From positions 1 through 37,979 of the forward strand of contig JASJQH010006926.1 of assembly GCA_040143965.1 (NCBI GenBank): a stretch of 37,979 nt of DNA, in the 5' to 3' direction. The translations under genes were made by a program, and so were the position numbers. Positions 23,723-34,816 of the stretch are shown one piece after another. The first letter of the stretch is position 1. Every line of letters starts with the position of its first letter. This DNA is from Basidiobolus ranarum (taxonomy: Eukaryota). The notes under the pieces are model-generated. The model saw only the letters and a program-made list of their open reading frames with translations, did not search any database and was not told the origin of the DNA.

Positions 23723-26077
23723 TTAGACACCATACATAGTGTATTCACCTTCATCATCGTTGGAATCGGTTTTCTTGAAAGGGATTTGGATGTTAATGGA
23801 TTGTAGATATTGCTGTTTCAGTTGAGAAGGGGACATACTTTTTGGTTAACATGCTCTCTATACCATTGTTCAAACTCCACTGAGGTGTGTACATCGTACA
23901 AACAGTGTCGCAGAAACTTGACCTTTGCCGCTCGATCTAGATGGTTTTCGTTCAGGAGATGGTCTGTAGTTATAGCATTTAAGGATTAGAGCCTCAACTT
24001 GATCACACATATCTGAGAGATCAATATACCTTCCAACTCGACGTTCTCAGCCACTAACTCATGATCCTGAAGTATTGAACACATTAGTCCTCAATAGACC
24101 CAAAAAAGAAGCAAACTCTTGATTTACCAGTTCAATGTCTTTGATGACTTCTAGAAAGTCAGGAGATGGTTTACATTTGACGTTGACATCGTAGTAAACA
24201 TAGATTTGGTCTTGAAAATCTACATAAAATAAGCATGGGACATTTTTCCCCGGTGCTACAGCATAGCGTCCTAATGTCCTCATAGTCAGATAAATAATAC
24301 CTCAGTCTGAATGATCATACATCCTACCTGCAACAAAAGCACAAACTCGTTCGGGGAATTCGAAATGGACCACATTGAATGAATTGTCGATAATGTAAGT
24401 ATTTCCATCCCAAGCACAAGTAACCACTTCATCATCTCCATCGCCATTGAGATCCAATTTACACGCAGCAAACAAGTTGTGTATAATTTTTAGATGGCAC
24501 ACTTTGATAAGCTTGTTGTGCAGATCATGGAATTCAATTAGACCTAAGGGTCGACAAAGCAAATCAGTAAGCTTGATCAGAGCATAATGCTCATGTGGGA
24601 CCCACCATCCATAGTTAACGCAGCGACAAAATCCAGGACTGGCTTCCCTGTTTCTGTTTATAGTCAAAGTATCAATGAATGTCTAGTAAGTACTGAAAGA
24701 GAACACAAACGCTTTCTGACCATCATAGCTCATCACGTTGCTAACAAGTTCAGTTGATACCTCTCCACTAAAGTAATCGTCTTTCTCTGCATTTTCGTTT
24801 CCATAGGAATTATCTTGAGGTATATTAGAACCAGAGGATCTCTTTTGCCCGTGTTTATCAATGATTTCGAAACAGGCATTAGGTTGAGCGACAAGCAATA
24901 ATGGCTCATCATTTGCATCGCGTGATACTGCTAATGAGCCAATCTATAAGTATTAAAGAAGAACGTCTCGGTACTGTTGTCACAACACTAATACTATCAA
25001 GTCAGTGCTAACCTGATCTGCAAAAATCCATCTATGCTTCTCGAAAAGTGCGTACTTGTCTGTACTAACTTCTTCGGTAAACTTGTAGTCTTTTCGTTTG
25101 GTATCCAGCACGATTTTGGTGCCTTTCAAAGAGTGTTTGGACCATTCTTCAATAGATTTCACTGATTTAGACAGGTTAGAGCTAACATCTCTGGTATTCT
25201 CCTTTTTGGGACCAGCGGATGGAGTTGAAGGCCTTTTGTTGGGCACTACTGGCTCTTTTAGATTGAAGGAGTGTAACACTCGGTCAGTTCGACCAACCAC
25301 TAACTCATTTAATCCGTCTCCATCTACAACAGGTATGAGTTGAAGTAAAAAGATAATGAATAGAATAAATGTTACCAATATCGGATATGATTATTTGCAC
25401 AATATTTAATGGCACTGGGATGGTAATGTTGGGTTTTTCTATGGCCTGAAGTCGCTCAGCAGCAACAACACGAGATCCGCGGGGATTTTGGTTGACTGCA
25501 GATCCGTAATCAGAGTTTCTTCGAAGAGAGCTTGCTTCGTCGGTAAGGTTAAACTTAAAGGAGGTACTACTTGTATCTATCAAAAAGGGCCAATCAAATA
25601 TATGACATTCTCCTTCAGCATTGATACACACAACAGAATTCTTAACAAAAATTCCTGGTTACTATTTTCCACGGTACTTCTTAAAGAAAGTCGATTGTTA
25701 AAGGTACCTTTCCGTGGTTTCTTATATCTCCTACTGCAATTGCAGTTATCTAAAAAAACAAAGTCAAATGTGAGACTTTGTGACTTATTTTAGATGCACT
25801 AAGTAAGACTGTATACCGTTCCTAAACCTTTACAAGTTTTCCAAGGTACACCAGCTAAGGAAGCACCTTTGAATATCGATAAATCACCATTTATATTTCC
25901 TATGACAAATTCATTCTCCTACACTCTTGGTTATTATAAGAGCTACTGAAATTGTCGATAAAGTATACTTACGTTATCATTGTCTACGTCACCTATGGTG
26001 AGTGCATGAGTATTCATATTTCCTGTGAATTGCCATTTCAGACGTTTTACCAACGAAACCGAGTGAACTGATTGCAT
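23723..26077 (-). CDS. ITFG2: ITFG2 / KICSTOR subunit homolog (FG-GAP repeat beta-propeller), multi-exon
   Basis: Spliced product: SVSLVKRLKWQFTGNMNTHALTIGDVDNDNENEFVIGN..PWKTC..IAVGDIRNHGKNSVVCINAEG..DIDGDGLNELVVGRTDRV..LLVAQP..LTMDG..HNLFAACKLDLNGDGDDEVVTCAWDGNTYIID..AFVAGRYA..PCLFYV..IYVYYDV, collinear with animal ITFG2 as I recall it. The last exons are less certain. Confidence 0.9.
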
Positions 26078-26261
26078 TAAATATGAAGCTTTCGCTTTTA
26101 ACTATTGAACTAGCAACAGCTCTTAATCAATTGATTATTCTTAAAGCCAATCTCGAATTTAGAATCCATGATGATTGGTTCAACGTTCGATGGCAATGAT
26201 TCTCGACACTTCATTCTCGACCGTTACTGATCACAGCAATGTGGTGTGGCTAATTACTAAG

Positions 26262-26295
26262 AAATCGCAACAAATCGCAACAAATCGCAACAAAT
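26262..26295. repeat. 10-bp tandem repeat x3.4
   Basis: (AAATCGCAAC)3AAAT in the ITFG2/syntaxin divergent intergenic region. Confidence 0.85.
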
Positions 26296-26709
26296 TAGGA
26301 TAACCTTGGCACGAATATCAGATGCATGGATTGAAATGAAAATATAATTGCTGTATTACCTACATCGCTATAGCTAGGGACAGATAGATAATTACCTTTT
26401 GTGGGATACTGATCATATGTTTCTTGAGCTTAACTACCTAACAGGTGGTTTTCTCGAGCTTAAATCCTACTGTATTCTGTTTACATACCCTTGCCTAAAT
26501 GAATAAAATACAATCACTTTAGATACAGGTTTGGGCTACATTGTACAACATCACTGTGTATTTGAGTCGATAATTCTCTTAATTACTGTTTCATTTGGCT
26601 TTCTTCTTTTATCCTTCCCGCACTTGACTTGGACTTTCTTCTTAGCGAGGTAACTAGACTTTGGCGTGCTCTTGATAGTTTTCTGAACTCAAAGATTTCT
26701 CTTTAGAAA

Positions 26710-28103
26710 ATGCAGCAGATTCAGAACGACTATGGAAGAGACCTGGAATTAGGAAGTCTTACTAGAACTTCGCCTGGAGTTATGCCTCTTAACGACTTTT
26801 TCAACGAGGTATTTTCTTGAACGAAATAGAGTGTATGTATGCGATTTTATGAGTAACATTCTTACGTAGGTTCAACATATTGATGGTTGTATCAGCACTA
26901 TCAATGAAAGTGTAAGAGCCATTGAGGAACTTCATCTTCGCTCCATGGACCTAGCTAGTAACGAGGAGTCACATAGTATGTTTCCCTTTTAACCTTTTCC
27001 ATCAATTATATTGTTAACATGATGGATGCGTTTGATTTAAAGAGAACTCTCTAGCTCTGGATAAAACCATCAACGATACTCGACTACAATTGATTGATAC
27101 CAAAAATCGCATCCGAGGTAATGTTGAAGAGAAGAGCATTCAATAAGTCCAAAGGTATTCACCTATTTCTGTAACATTTTTATAGCCATGGAGGCAAACA
27201 ATTTGAAACTGGGCGTCTCTTCCGACGCGCAAATCAGAAAGAATCGAGTATGTACTCACGATATTTGATTGCTGCAATCGACCCTATATATATAACCTTA
27301 ACCTTAACACTCGTATGCATTTAGCACATTGCACTTAAAACCAAATTCATGGATACACTCAAGAATTATCAGAATGTCGAGGTGAAATACAAGGAAAAAT
27401 ACCGTCAAATGATGGAAAGGCAGATTCGTATTGGTTGGTATCTCTTTTGGATTATTATGCCTCCAAATTTAGGCTAACCCTATTGCTTTTCAAGTGAATC
27501 CCAATGCCACTGATGCGGAGATTGAGGAAGCGTTGGATAATGAACAAGGAGGGGTGTTTGCCCAAGCTGTTGGTACTTTCTGTACTTTTTTCTATCAACC
27601 TTGGAGCTTACCTGTCATATTTCAACAAGATCATGAACACTAACAGAACTGCCGAAGCACGCAACGTGTGCAAAGCTGTACAAGATCGTCATGAAGATAT
27701 AGTGAAAATCGAAAAGACCATCTTGGTAGGTTACCCATTATATTTGATCTCTAGTGGCGTCAATGTTGACCCATTTCTTTGATAAAAGGAACTCGCCAAC
27801 TTGTTCCAGGAAATGCAATTACTAGTGGAGACTCAAGATGAGGTTGTTCATCAGATTGAGACCCAAATGGCAGAAGCTGTTGTTCACACTGGTGAGGCCA
27901 ATAGAGAATTGACTGGTGCAATTGGTCATGCAGTCAGTGCTAGAAAGGTTAGTTTACTTAGTAAACATTACAGTAGCCTCGCAGTAACCTCGATACTAAT
28001 TATTCTTCTTCTTGATAAATAGAAAAGATGGTGTCTTTTCATATTCTTCTTCATTATCCTCATTGTCATTATCTTGGTGGTCTACTTCCAAGTTAAAAAA
28101 TAA
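26710..28103 (+). CDS. Plasma-membrane Qa-SNARE syntaxin (Sso1/Psy1-like), 9 coding exons
   Basis: Habc region (..YRQMMERQIRIVNPNATDAEIEE..VFAQA), SNARE motif VQDRHEDIVKIEKTILELANLFQEMQLLVETQDEVV, ARKKRW plus C-terminal TM helix; probable 5'UTR intron 26650-26706. Confidence 0.93.
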
Positions 28104-28258
28104 TCGCCATTCATTCTCATATAATATTCTAAATTAATTGCCTCTAATATAATGTTGAATCATATCCATCTTATTTTAATAAAACCAAACAACAAAACGA
28201 AGAAGTACAATGTATATACTACCATAGTGGACCCTAATATCAAGCAGTTCAACCATTA

Positions 28259-28822
28259 TTATACCAAATTAGTTCTTTCTAATATTCTTAAAAAGTCTTC
28301 TTTAGTGACACGTCCATCTTGGTTTGCATCGGCAATTTCAATCATTCCTTGAAGCTCTTCTTCGGACATATTCTGACCAAGCTCACGGGCCGCTTGTCTC
28401 AACTCGGTGATAGTTATATATCCATGCTTTCTGCGGTCGAATAAATCAAAGGATTTCAATGCCTCTTCCCGAATATCACGGTCGTTCTTGAAAAGAAATT
28501 CAGGTTAAGAAAGGGTAAATAGAAGAAGTAAATCTTAACCTACCAATCTATCACTTATTAATACTACAAACTCTTCAAACCCGAAACGACCGATATTGTC
28601 AGGATCTAGCTCTTCCTTAAGTTCTTGAAGTTCGTCCCCATTCAGGTGTATACTTAATGCAACCAAAAGGTTATTAAGTTTACTAATTCTAAGGGAACCA
28701 TCTTCATCTGGGTTGAATACTTCTATAGCTTCACGTATTTCTTGAAGTTGTTCTTCTGTCACTTCTAACTTTTTACTTTTCTTTTTTCCCTTCTTAACGC
28801 TTCCGCTTGCTCTTCTAGACAT
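28259..28822 (-). CDS. Divergent centrin-like EF-hand protein, 168 aa, 2 exons
   Basis: Exons 28544-28822 and 28259-28486; basic N-terminus, TEEQLQEIREAIEVF, LRQAARELGQNMSEEELQGMIEIADANQDGRV, C-terminal RTNLV resembling centrin KTSLY/KTNLF. Confidence 0.85.
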
Positions 28823-28890
28823 GATACTGATGGGAATATTTCTACAATAATAATATAAAATCGTTGATTTTGGTGAAAAAGTCCCCTTAG

Positions 28891-28907
28891 CTAACCCTAA
28901 CCCTAAC
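28891..28907. repeat. Interstitial telomere-type repeat / telobox
   Basis: CTAACCCTAACCCTAAC about 70 bp upstream of the centrin-like ATG. Confidence 0.6.
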
Positions 28908-29333
28908 TCTTTTCACGAACAATCATGAATTTAAAAATAAACAAAATTCATCTACATCACGTGTCTTTGAGTAGGTTTTAGAAATAGAGTCACAAGTGAT
29001 CAATCAATTTGACTTATTTGTGTTTGTATGTATGTGGGAATTTATTTGGACTGGATAGAGTCGCTTGTAGTTAGAAGAGTTAGAGCAATCCTCTTGAAGA
29101 TGTGGGAGTTTGGTAGTGATGTAAAATGAGGGTTTAAGAGACAATTTAGTTCAGTAAGTGACGTTAAATCTAGAGAGAAAAAAACTCATTAAACCTGACT
29201 GGAGACAAAAAATCAATGTAACGAGAGAAAATATTAACGGAAGGAGAGAAGTAAAGGAGCAAGCCACATTAAACAACTCAGGAAAATCGTATGAAAAAGG
29301 TACGTGAACGAGGTCAGGTTCACGTCGAGAGTT

Positions 29334-29931
29334 TTATAATATTAGGCAAACTCGGCATTTGGGAGCATTTTCGGGTGCCTTGTTGGTATCTAGATTGAAG
29401 ACAAAACATAACACTCTTAGAGAGAAGCAAGAGAGATGCTTTCGTAAGTTGAAACGAACCATTGTTGTCGATTTGAGAAGGAACTTTGATAGCTAAATGC
29501 ACGATATTTTCTATTTGAGTGTTTATTTTGGTAGCTATAAGATAAAACAAGGTCAGTTTTGGAATATTAAATAAGTAAAGTTGAAATTCTCTATTTACAG
29601 GCCAAAGTAGAGCTGTCTTCTAAAAAGCGGCCCAAGTGGACAATCTTCAAACTCGCAGGAGAGGTAGGTTGATCTTCTGTCCACTCTTTTTTTTTGAAAA
29701 AAGGAAAGGAAGCGTCTTATGGTTAATAAAGAACAAGCGATCAACAAGAAAAGTAGAATGGGCATGTTAAGTGGAAGCTCAACCTGATGGCCAATTGTCA
29801 AACAGTCGTTGCTTGACTTCACTGATTGTATTATTAGGTTGAAAAGTTAAAGTATGACGCTTTCCTGAAATAAGAAGAAACGTGATTCGTACACTATCGT
29901 GGTTAGTTGAGTCTGGTTCTTGCTCTGTCAT
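29334..29931 (-). CDS. UBL3: UBL3 / membrane-anchored ubiquitin-fold (MUB) protein, 121 aa, 4 exons (absent from ORF track)
   Basis: Exons 29784-29931, 29599-29685, 29460-29534, 29334-29389, three phase-1 GT-AG introns: ..VRITFLLISGKRHTLTFQPNNTISEVKQRLFDNWPSEW..LKIVHLGRFLED..IVHLAIK..KCRVCLIL* (CAAX). Confidence 0.9.
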
Positions 29932-30391
29932 TTCAGTAATCACCAACAGTTGAAGTTAATTATTAGAAAGTCACTAAGGGTAAGTTTCAATTATACAAAT
30001 CAAGGCAGAGTAAACATGGCGTAACACAAATACTTAAATTTATTGCATACTAAGGTGCCCTCATGTCCACAGGCTAAATGATGAAGTCATTTGATAGCAC
30101 CAAGCAGGGGAGCTTACTTTCAACAAATCTCCAGCCATCTTTGGTGTTCCTAGCTCAGCTGATTACAATCAAAGTAAATTTTCTTAAATGAGAAGAATCT
30201 GAAGCAACTCTATATTGAAGAGTATCTACACAATACGCATCATAAGCGGTAGAAATGTACTAAAAGACAATAATACGGGAATCTAATCGGAATCTAATTA
30301 TAAACATTCGTTTACTTATCCAAATTATGGATGATTGTGGGTATGAGAATGCATGTAAAATAATAACTGGGGTATTTGATATTCAATATAA

Positions 30392-31045
30392 CTACTGTTC
30401 ATCAACAGCTTTTCTAAGAAGGGCAATGGTGTCCTTAGGAGAGGCAGATTTGAAAATGGCAGTACCAGCAACAATAACATTGGCACCTGCTTTGGCTGCT
30501 TGGTCAATAGTATCAAGAGCAAGACCACCATCTACCTGGATATCAAGTTCAGGATATCTTTGACGAAGTTCTCGGACTTTAGGCATCATATCAGCCATGA
30601 AAGATTGGCCACCAAAGCCTGGTTCTACGGTCATAACGAGAATCATGTCTACCTTATCGGCGAGTTCGAATACTACAGAAACTGGAGTCTTTGGTTTTAT
30701 GGCAATACCAACTTTCATTCCTGCGTCACGAACCTTTTGTACAAGAGCAGGGGCATCTTGAGTAGCTTCGAAATGGAAAGTAAACATATCAGCACCAGCT
30801 TTAGCGTAATCGTCAACCCATTGTTCAGGATGAGATACCATAAGATGGCAATCGAGGAAGGCATCGGTATGTTGGCGAAGAGATTTAATGATAGGTGCTC
30901 CTAAGGTGAGATTAGGGACAAAGTGACCATCCATAATATCCATATGTAAATAGTCAGCACCACAGTCCACCATGTACTGACATTCGTCAGCTAGCTTGGC
31001 AAAATCGCCCGAAAGCAGGGAAGGAGCAATTTTCGCAGCAGGCAT
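30392..31045 (-). CDS. RPE1: Ribulose-5-phosphate 3-epimerase, intronless
   Basis: True start [15 protein letters not shown] at 31045; [41 protein letters not shown]. Confidence 0.97.
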   Translation of the reverse strand: MPAAKIAPSLLSGDFAKLADECQYMVDCGADYLHMDIMDGHFVPNLTLGAPIIKSLRQHTDAFLDCHLMVSHPEQWVDDYAKAGADMFTFHFEATQDAPALVQKVRDAGMKVGIAIKPKTPVSVVFELADKVDMILVMTVEPGFGGQSFMADMMPKVRELRQRYPELDIQVDGGLALDTIDQAAKAGANVIVAGTAIFKSASPKDTIALLRKAVDEQ

Positions 31046-31387
31046 GTTGTATAGAAAGTAAGTAAAGAGTCGAAACCGAGCCGAAGTGTATTTACAAGCG
31101 TGACGTGAAAAAAAGTCTCTATGTCCCGGGTACAGATATCTTAAGATCCGCACATTCGAAAGAGACTAAACTAAATGATTTGGGGAATTCAGTCGAATCG
31201 TGGCGAAGCAAGGTGATCTAGATTATCTCCAATTGAAATATATTAAAACAAATAACAAGCTAAAATATAACACCAAATCAGATAAAGAAGTCCTCTTTCC
31301 ATTCTTAGTTTAGTAAGAAAAAAGCCAGAATTTGATTACTAATACGCATAATACATTAAATTTTATTGTGTGTAGTCTTACTGACAT

Positions 31388-32257
31388 TTACAACTTGGCC
31401 TTTTGGAAGCCTTTAAGGACTGTGTCTAGCTTGGTGGCCAACATCATGGATCCCTTGAATTTCAACTTTCCTTGCATAAATGCTTTTTGTCCATTCAATT
31501 TACCTGAACTCATGTCCACGAAATCTTGATCATTAACACTAATCACAACATCTGCTTTCTTGGGTGGCTTGATGGGCCCGAGGGAACGCTCTCCTTCGCC
31601 GTTCTTCATATCCAAAGTCCAGGATTGTACCTTCCCTTCAGCATTTGTGACATCAATTTGGAATACTCCCTTTACTTTTTGGACACTCTCCTTGCGTTGT
31701 TGAGGAGAGGAAGCGCTCATTCCGGATTGAATCTGGCCAAATACAGATGACGCTTGGAAGCCATCTACAACAACGGATCCTGACTTGGGTGCACTGCTAG
31801 GGGCAGACGACTCAGCGGCGGGTTTGGCATTCTTGGCGTCCTTCAAGACTGTGTCTAATTTGGTCGCAAGCATCATTGAACCTTTGAACTTCAATTTACC
31901 TTGCATGAAGGCCTTGGTGGCATCAAGCTTACCAGAAGCCAAATCAGCAAATACATCATCGCTGAGAGTAAGGTGGACATCTGGCTTGCCACTTGGTTTT
32001 CCAGTGTTTACGGTGCCTTGCTTTTTGAGGTCAATGGACCATGTTTGTTCCTTTCCTTCGGCATTTTTGATATCAAATTGATATATTCCGTTGGTCTGAA
32101 ATACAGGCATTATTATACAACGACCAAGATAAAGCTAAATCGTAGAACTAACCTTTTTAATAGTAGCTTGCTTTTGAGTATCATCCTGACCTTCAATACT
32201 AGCCTTGAGTTGCTCGAAGACAGGAGAGCTTTTAAATCCTGGGATGTTGACGGACAT
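31388..32257 (-). CDS. Peroxisomal tandem SCP2 (sterol carrier protein 2) domain protein, 270 aa, PTS1 -AKL
   Basis: Exon 32153-32257 (MSVNIPGFKSSPVFEQL..) spliced to 31388-32095; two SCP2 domains each ending KAFMQGKLKFKGSMMLATKLDTVLK; C-terminal AKL. Confidence 0.92.
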
Positions 32258-33287
32258 ATTATTGAGTAATTAGAATGTAGCAGAGAGAGAAGGTGTGTTG
32301 ACTGCCGATTGAACACACCTGATACTTATAGATTGTTCTCCTTGCTCCAGAATTCTTCACGTGAATATGACCATCATGGTCAGGGATGAAAGGAAATAAG
32401 AGCAGTAAATTTACTGTCACGCGGGGTGGAAAAAATCCAATCGAGTGAAACCTAAAAACGTAAGCATACGATCTAAAGAGTACTGATTCATATGATCCAA
32501 AGAGTAAGGAACACGAACAAAACATCATAATGAAGATCACGTGCATACATGCTTGGATACACACCAATGGTAGGAAGCAGGAAGGAGGCAGCAATTTGGG
32601 TAGGAGTATTGTTCATAGATGTCATGAAAACAAGTTGATTTCACATGAATGTGTGTCATCCGATATTTCTTATTGATTAACTGAGAGTGTTACAACATGT
32701 GCTGATTTGCTGATTTTCTATTCAGGGTCCATGTGTTCAGTGTTGCGGCACGATATATTTGAGGAAATGCTTGCTTCAGTTTGCTAGTTATTTCAGCACT
32801 ATTACTTGTGAGAGAGGTTAAGCATAGGACTGGTACTAATTCACAGCAAATTCCTTGTTGTTCATGAATCCAGTAAGCCATTCATAAAATAAATGCTTAT
32901 TCTTCAAAGAACTTTGATTGCGGTTCCACACATTTATAAATACTATTGTTCAACTCTTTCGCATCGCCATTTCGAATAACTTCCACATTACAGTTCTTAT
33001 CAGTTAAGGCTTTAGAACAGCAATCAGTTGGTGAAGCGAATTCATAATTGAAGAAGGAAATATATCAAATACTCTAGGAAGCTCAAGTTTGACCATAAAT
33101 CATCTGAAATGTCTTCAAAAGATGGTCATAAATAATTGTGGCTTGAATATTACAAAAAAAATCGACAGAGTTATCAAGACAACATGCTAAGATAAAGCAC
33201 TACTCAAATAGTTGGTTTATTAACCGAACATTGGTAAAAATGACTATTGAATTCAGATTATTATCACAAGGAACTTCATGTGTTTCT

Positions 33288-34204
33288 CTACGGCACCACA
33301 CCATCCGCAGAGCCTTCCATTGAGTTGGGTGAAATTGGTGGAGTCAATGTGTGGATACTCGTTGTCTTTCTTGTTATGAGTAAGTCCTTTAGAGATTTGA
33401 GTTCTTTTTGGAGCTCCGTCAGCATAGTGTTTTGGGATTCTTTCTGGTTTTCAAGTATCTAATCGTATTGTTAAACTAGCCGTTCCTTGAAACCAGATAC
33501 AAAATTACTGACCTTAGGTATGATTGATTTAACTCTATGAAGTTCCTGACGAAGCGATTGCAGTTCTTGATCACGCTCTGAATCTTGAGACTTGAGTTGG
33601 CTTAATATTCCACTCATATTTTCTACTGATGTTTTCATCTCGTCTTTTTGAGTATTTATATACTCAATCATGTCAAGGGTATCTTTTTTGACTGTTAGTA
33701 AAGAGCTTGAGGCTGCTTCATACCGTGCATCTATTTCACGCAATTCCGCTTCAAGTTCAGCTTGCGTGTTCCCTTTAATGTTGGGCAGTGTGCATCTCTA
33801 GTAAAGATAGATTGTCATAGAAAATTGAGTATCACTCGTTTGTATATTCTAATGTAGTTTGTTACCTTTGCCAGATGGTACAAGCCACATCCAATACTGC
33901 CAGCAGCAGCAGCTGTAGTCAGGTAGTGCTTCCATGGTGTAGATTTGTTCTTTGACTCTCTGGTAGGTATTGCCGGTAATGGACGAGAAGCTAAAGCGAG
34001 TTCTTGAGTCGATATTTTCTCTTTAAAGTTGTTCTGAGAAGACTCAGAGGTGGCTTGTTTTAGAGCAGCCTGAATCTCGCCTGTAGTCAAACCTTTAGAT
34101 TCCAGAAAAGCAATCTTTTTTGCTAACGAGCTTTTATTCACTTGAGGTATGCGTAGAAAATGAATAGCACTTTTAAGTACATTCTCTCTTATCGCTTCAG
34201 TCAT
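33288..34204 (-). CDS. PEX14: PEX14-like peroxisomal docking protein, 264 aa, 3 exons
   Basis: Pex14 N-domain RENVLKSAIHFL..KKIAFLESKGLTTGEIQAAL, PxxP motif RPLPAIPTR, W-led hydrophobic segment, coiled coil; exons 33866-34204, 33513-33797, 33288-33458. Confidence 0.85.
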
Positions 34205-34816
34205 AAATGTTACCTCAGATACTGAATAATGGCTCTATATTGAATCAATGGGAGAGTATAGATAGCTGATATTTGTGGCTTCGCACTGTTGGATCTGAAG
34301 CCTAAGTCACATTATTGATATATCTAGATTTGATCCATCTACAACCGCTTTGCCAATCCCAACCATCTAGATCACTTTGAGGATAATAATTAATAATCAG
34401 TTTTGGTGTCAGTTTTGATGGATCATTTCAATGTTGATCATTTTCGACAGGTGAAAATGCCACAAAACTAAGTTAAAGACAGGGATCATTTATTGCGATG
34501 CTAAAACATTGAAAACTACTTTCGTCTCGCTTTGGATCTGATGGTTATGAATTCACCGACGAAAACTCGACTTGGAAATGATATTGGCTGGTACGCACCA
34601 TGGGAGCGGCTGTTACTATTTAGGTTGGGTGATGAAAAGAACATGTACATCTTGGATTTATCGTTGGTTAGTTACTCATTATAGAAATAAAAAAATCATT
34701 ATTTTGTGAGGTGATTTTCTGAAGTTAGAGTCATTAAAGAATAGAATTACACAAAGGTATAGAAACGTAAGGAACAACTATTGGATTTACAAATATCAAC
34801 AGAGAACTTGCACTTT

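Noticed and set aside
28487-28543. U12-like branch sequence TTCTTAAC in the centrin intron (and CCTTAAC in a syntaxin intron)
   Set aside because: Donors are U2-type (GTAGGT, GTATGT); the match is compatible with ordinary YTNAC branch points.
28891-30300. Telomerase RNA starting at the CTAACCCTAAC tract
   Set aside because: Tract is longer than a typical template, no pseudoknot or CR4/5 element is evident, and the downstream region is explained by UBL3 on the opposite strand.
30380-30394. Read-through peroxisomal isoform of RPE1
   Set aside because: Stop context is TAG TTA TAT TGA, not TGA CTA, and there is no PTS1 in the extension.
31046-31153. 36-aa N-terminal extension of RPE1 in the ORF track
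   Set aside because: Begins at a non-ATG codon; homology starts at the ATG at 31045.
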